Positions 62,848 through 64,000 of a DNA stretch of 64,000 nt are shown in pieces; positions within the stretch are counted from its first letter, which is position 1, and each line of letters opens with the position of its first letter. The stretch is from contig NC_092671.1 of NCBI RefSeq assembly GCF_964355755.1, positions 19,034,001 to 19,098,000 of the forward strand. The letters run 5' to 3'. Both the position numbers and the translations under genes were made by a program. The stretch is from Antedon mediterranea (lineage: Eukaryota > Animalia > Echinodermata). A model generated the notes under the pieces. The model did no database searches. It saw only the letters and a program-made list of their open reading frames with translations, and had not been told where the DNA came from.

Positions 62848-64000
62848 TTACTAACTAAAATGTACGTAACGTACAGTAGGACTATTAATACATTGTCGTT
62901 TACAGAAACGAATAAATAGACACGATGATTTATGTAAAATTAGCACACCGGAATTACTTCCAAAAGAGAAACTTTTCACGACACATGAGTTTAAATGTTT
63001 GATTTGGACTCATTTAAACAAACCCAATTTGTGTTTTGTATATAACTTTAGGGTTGAAGGATGGGGAAGAGAATGTGTACAAAGAGGAACAGTTTTAAAA
63101 TATATTCTTTATCCACTCAGCAACGAAATATTTTTTCATGTTTTATACATCGATTTACTTTGTTAAAACTGGCACTGTCATAGTCACTTGAAATAGTAAA
63201 GTACATGTAACGATACACCACTACGACGTTTATGTTTTGTTATAATTATTAATTGAAAAGCAACTGTCAGTATTGTCAAAGTATTGCAATAGGTTTTAAG
63301 TTTATTCTTCAAGGGCTCATACATTTACCTACCGTTACCTACTGAATGTTCCATTCATCACAAATCAATACATTTGTCTAAACGTATATATTAAATATAG
63401 TATAAAAATAGTATTTTTAAAATAGTATTTTTTTTAAAAGAAAATCGGCCTGTATTCAACATTATGATGCTGTACTCGAGCTGTTCAACCGGTTTTTAGC
63501 TATTAAAAGCAATTATCGTAGGAGGATAAAGGTAATGCGAAGCATCTTCGTATTATTGTGTGCGGGTATTTTTCAAGATGGACATCCAGTAGACAGTGTA
63601 TACCACGATTGGAAAACACCCCTATTTGGGGTAAATCGTTGAACCTAAATTCGTTTTAATTGTCAATAACTAATTATCTAACTCAATTTAATTAGTAAAC
63701 AGCATTACATCCGGTGGTTGAAATCAGTACTGAAAGTATGAAACAACTTTATATAGCCTACCGAGTAAACATTCTAGAAGTAACGTGCGATTTATCGAAT
63801 TTTGCCCTTACGTAAATTTATATATAGTGGGTGACACACACCCAAGCAATTATTAGGCAAACAGTAGGCCTACTCTACAGTATGGTCAAAACAGTATTGT
63901 AAAGCAATGCACAAATAGTGTACGGTATTACTGTATTGCACGCTACAAACAGTACTGTACTGTATGGCATGGTACAAACATGATACTGTACGGTACGGTA

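Overview
This is eukaryotic, AT-rich, intron-containing animal DNA. The gene and repeat style suggests an invertebrate, possibly an echinoderm; that is an inference. No prokaryotic features or CRISPR arrays are present. Genes: a BTB-BACK-Kelch gene with a single coding exon (+, 3910-6072); amphiphysin/BIN1 with 11 coding exons (-, 15080-29485); cullin-1 with 18 coding exons (-, 32362-45882) and a U12 minor-spliceosome intron; tRNA-Gln(TTG); an intronless divergent forkhead gene (-); an orphan helical/glycine-zipper ORF (+, 52672-53811) whose N-terminus appears cut off by a 5-bp duplication; and the last three exons of a membrane-anchored histidine acid phosphatase (-). Repeats: a decayed Penelope-like element carrying a minimal hammerhead ribozyme, several LINE 3' fragments, tRNA-derived SINEs, MITEs with readable target-site duplications, a foldback element, a 37 x 101 bp array that appears perfect by eye, a 173-bp perfect palindrome, a minisatellite of exact NF-kB sites, and a 47-bp minisatellite built from the phosphatase stop codon and sorting motif. 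All calls were made by reading the sequence; no database searches were run.
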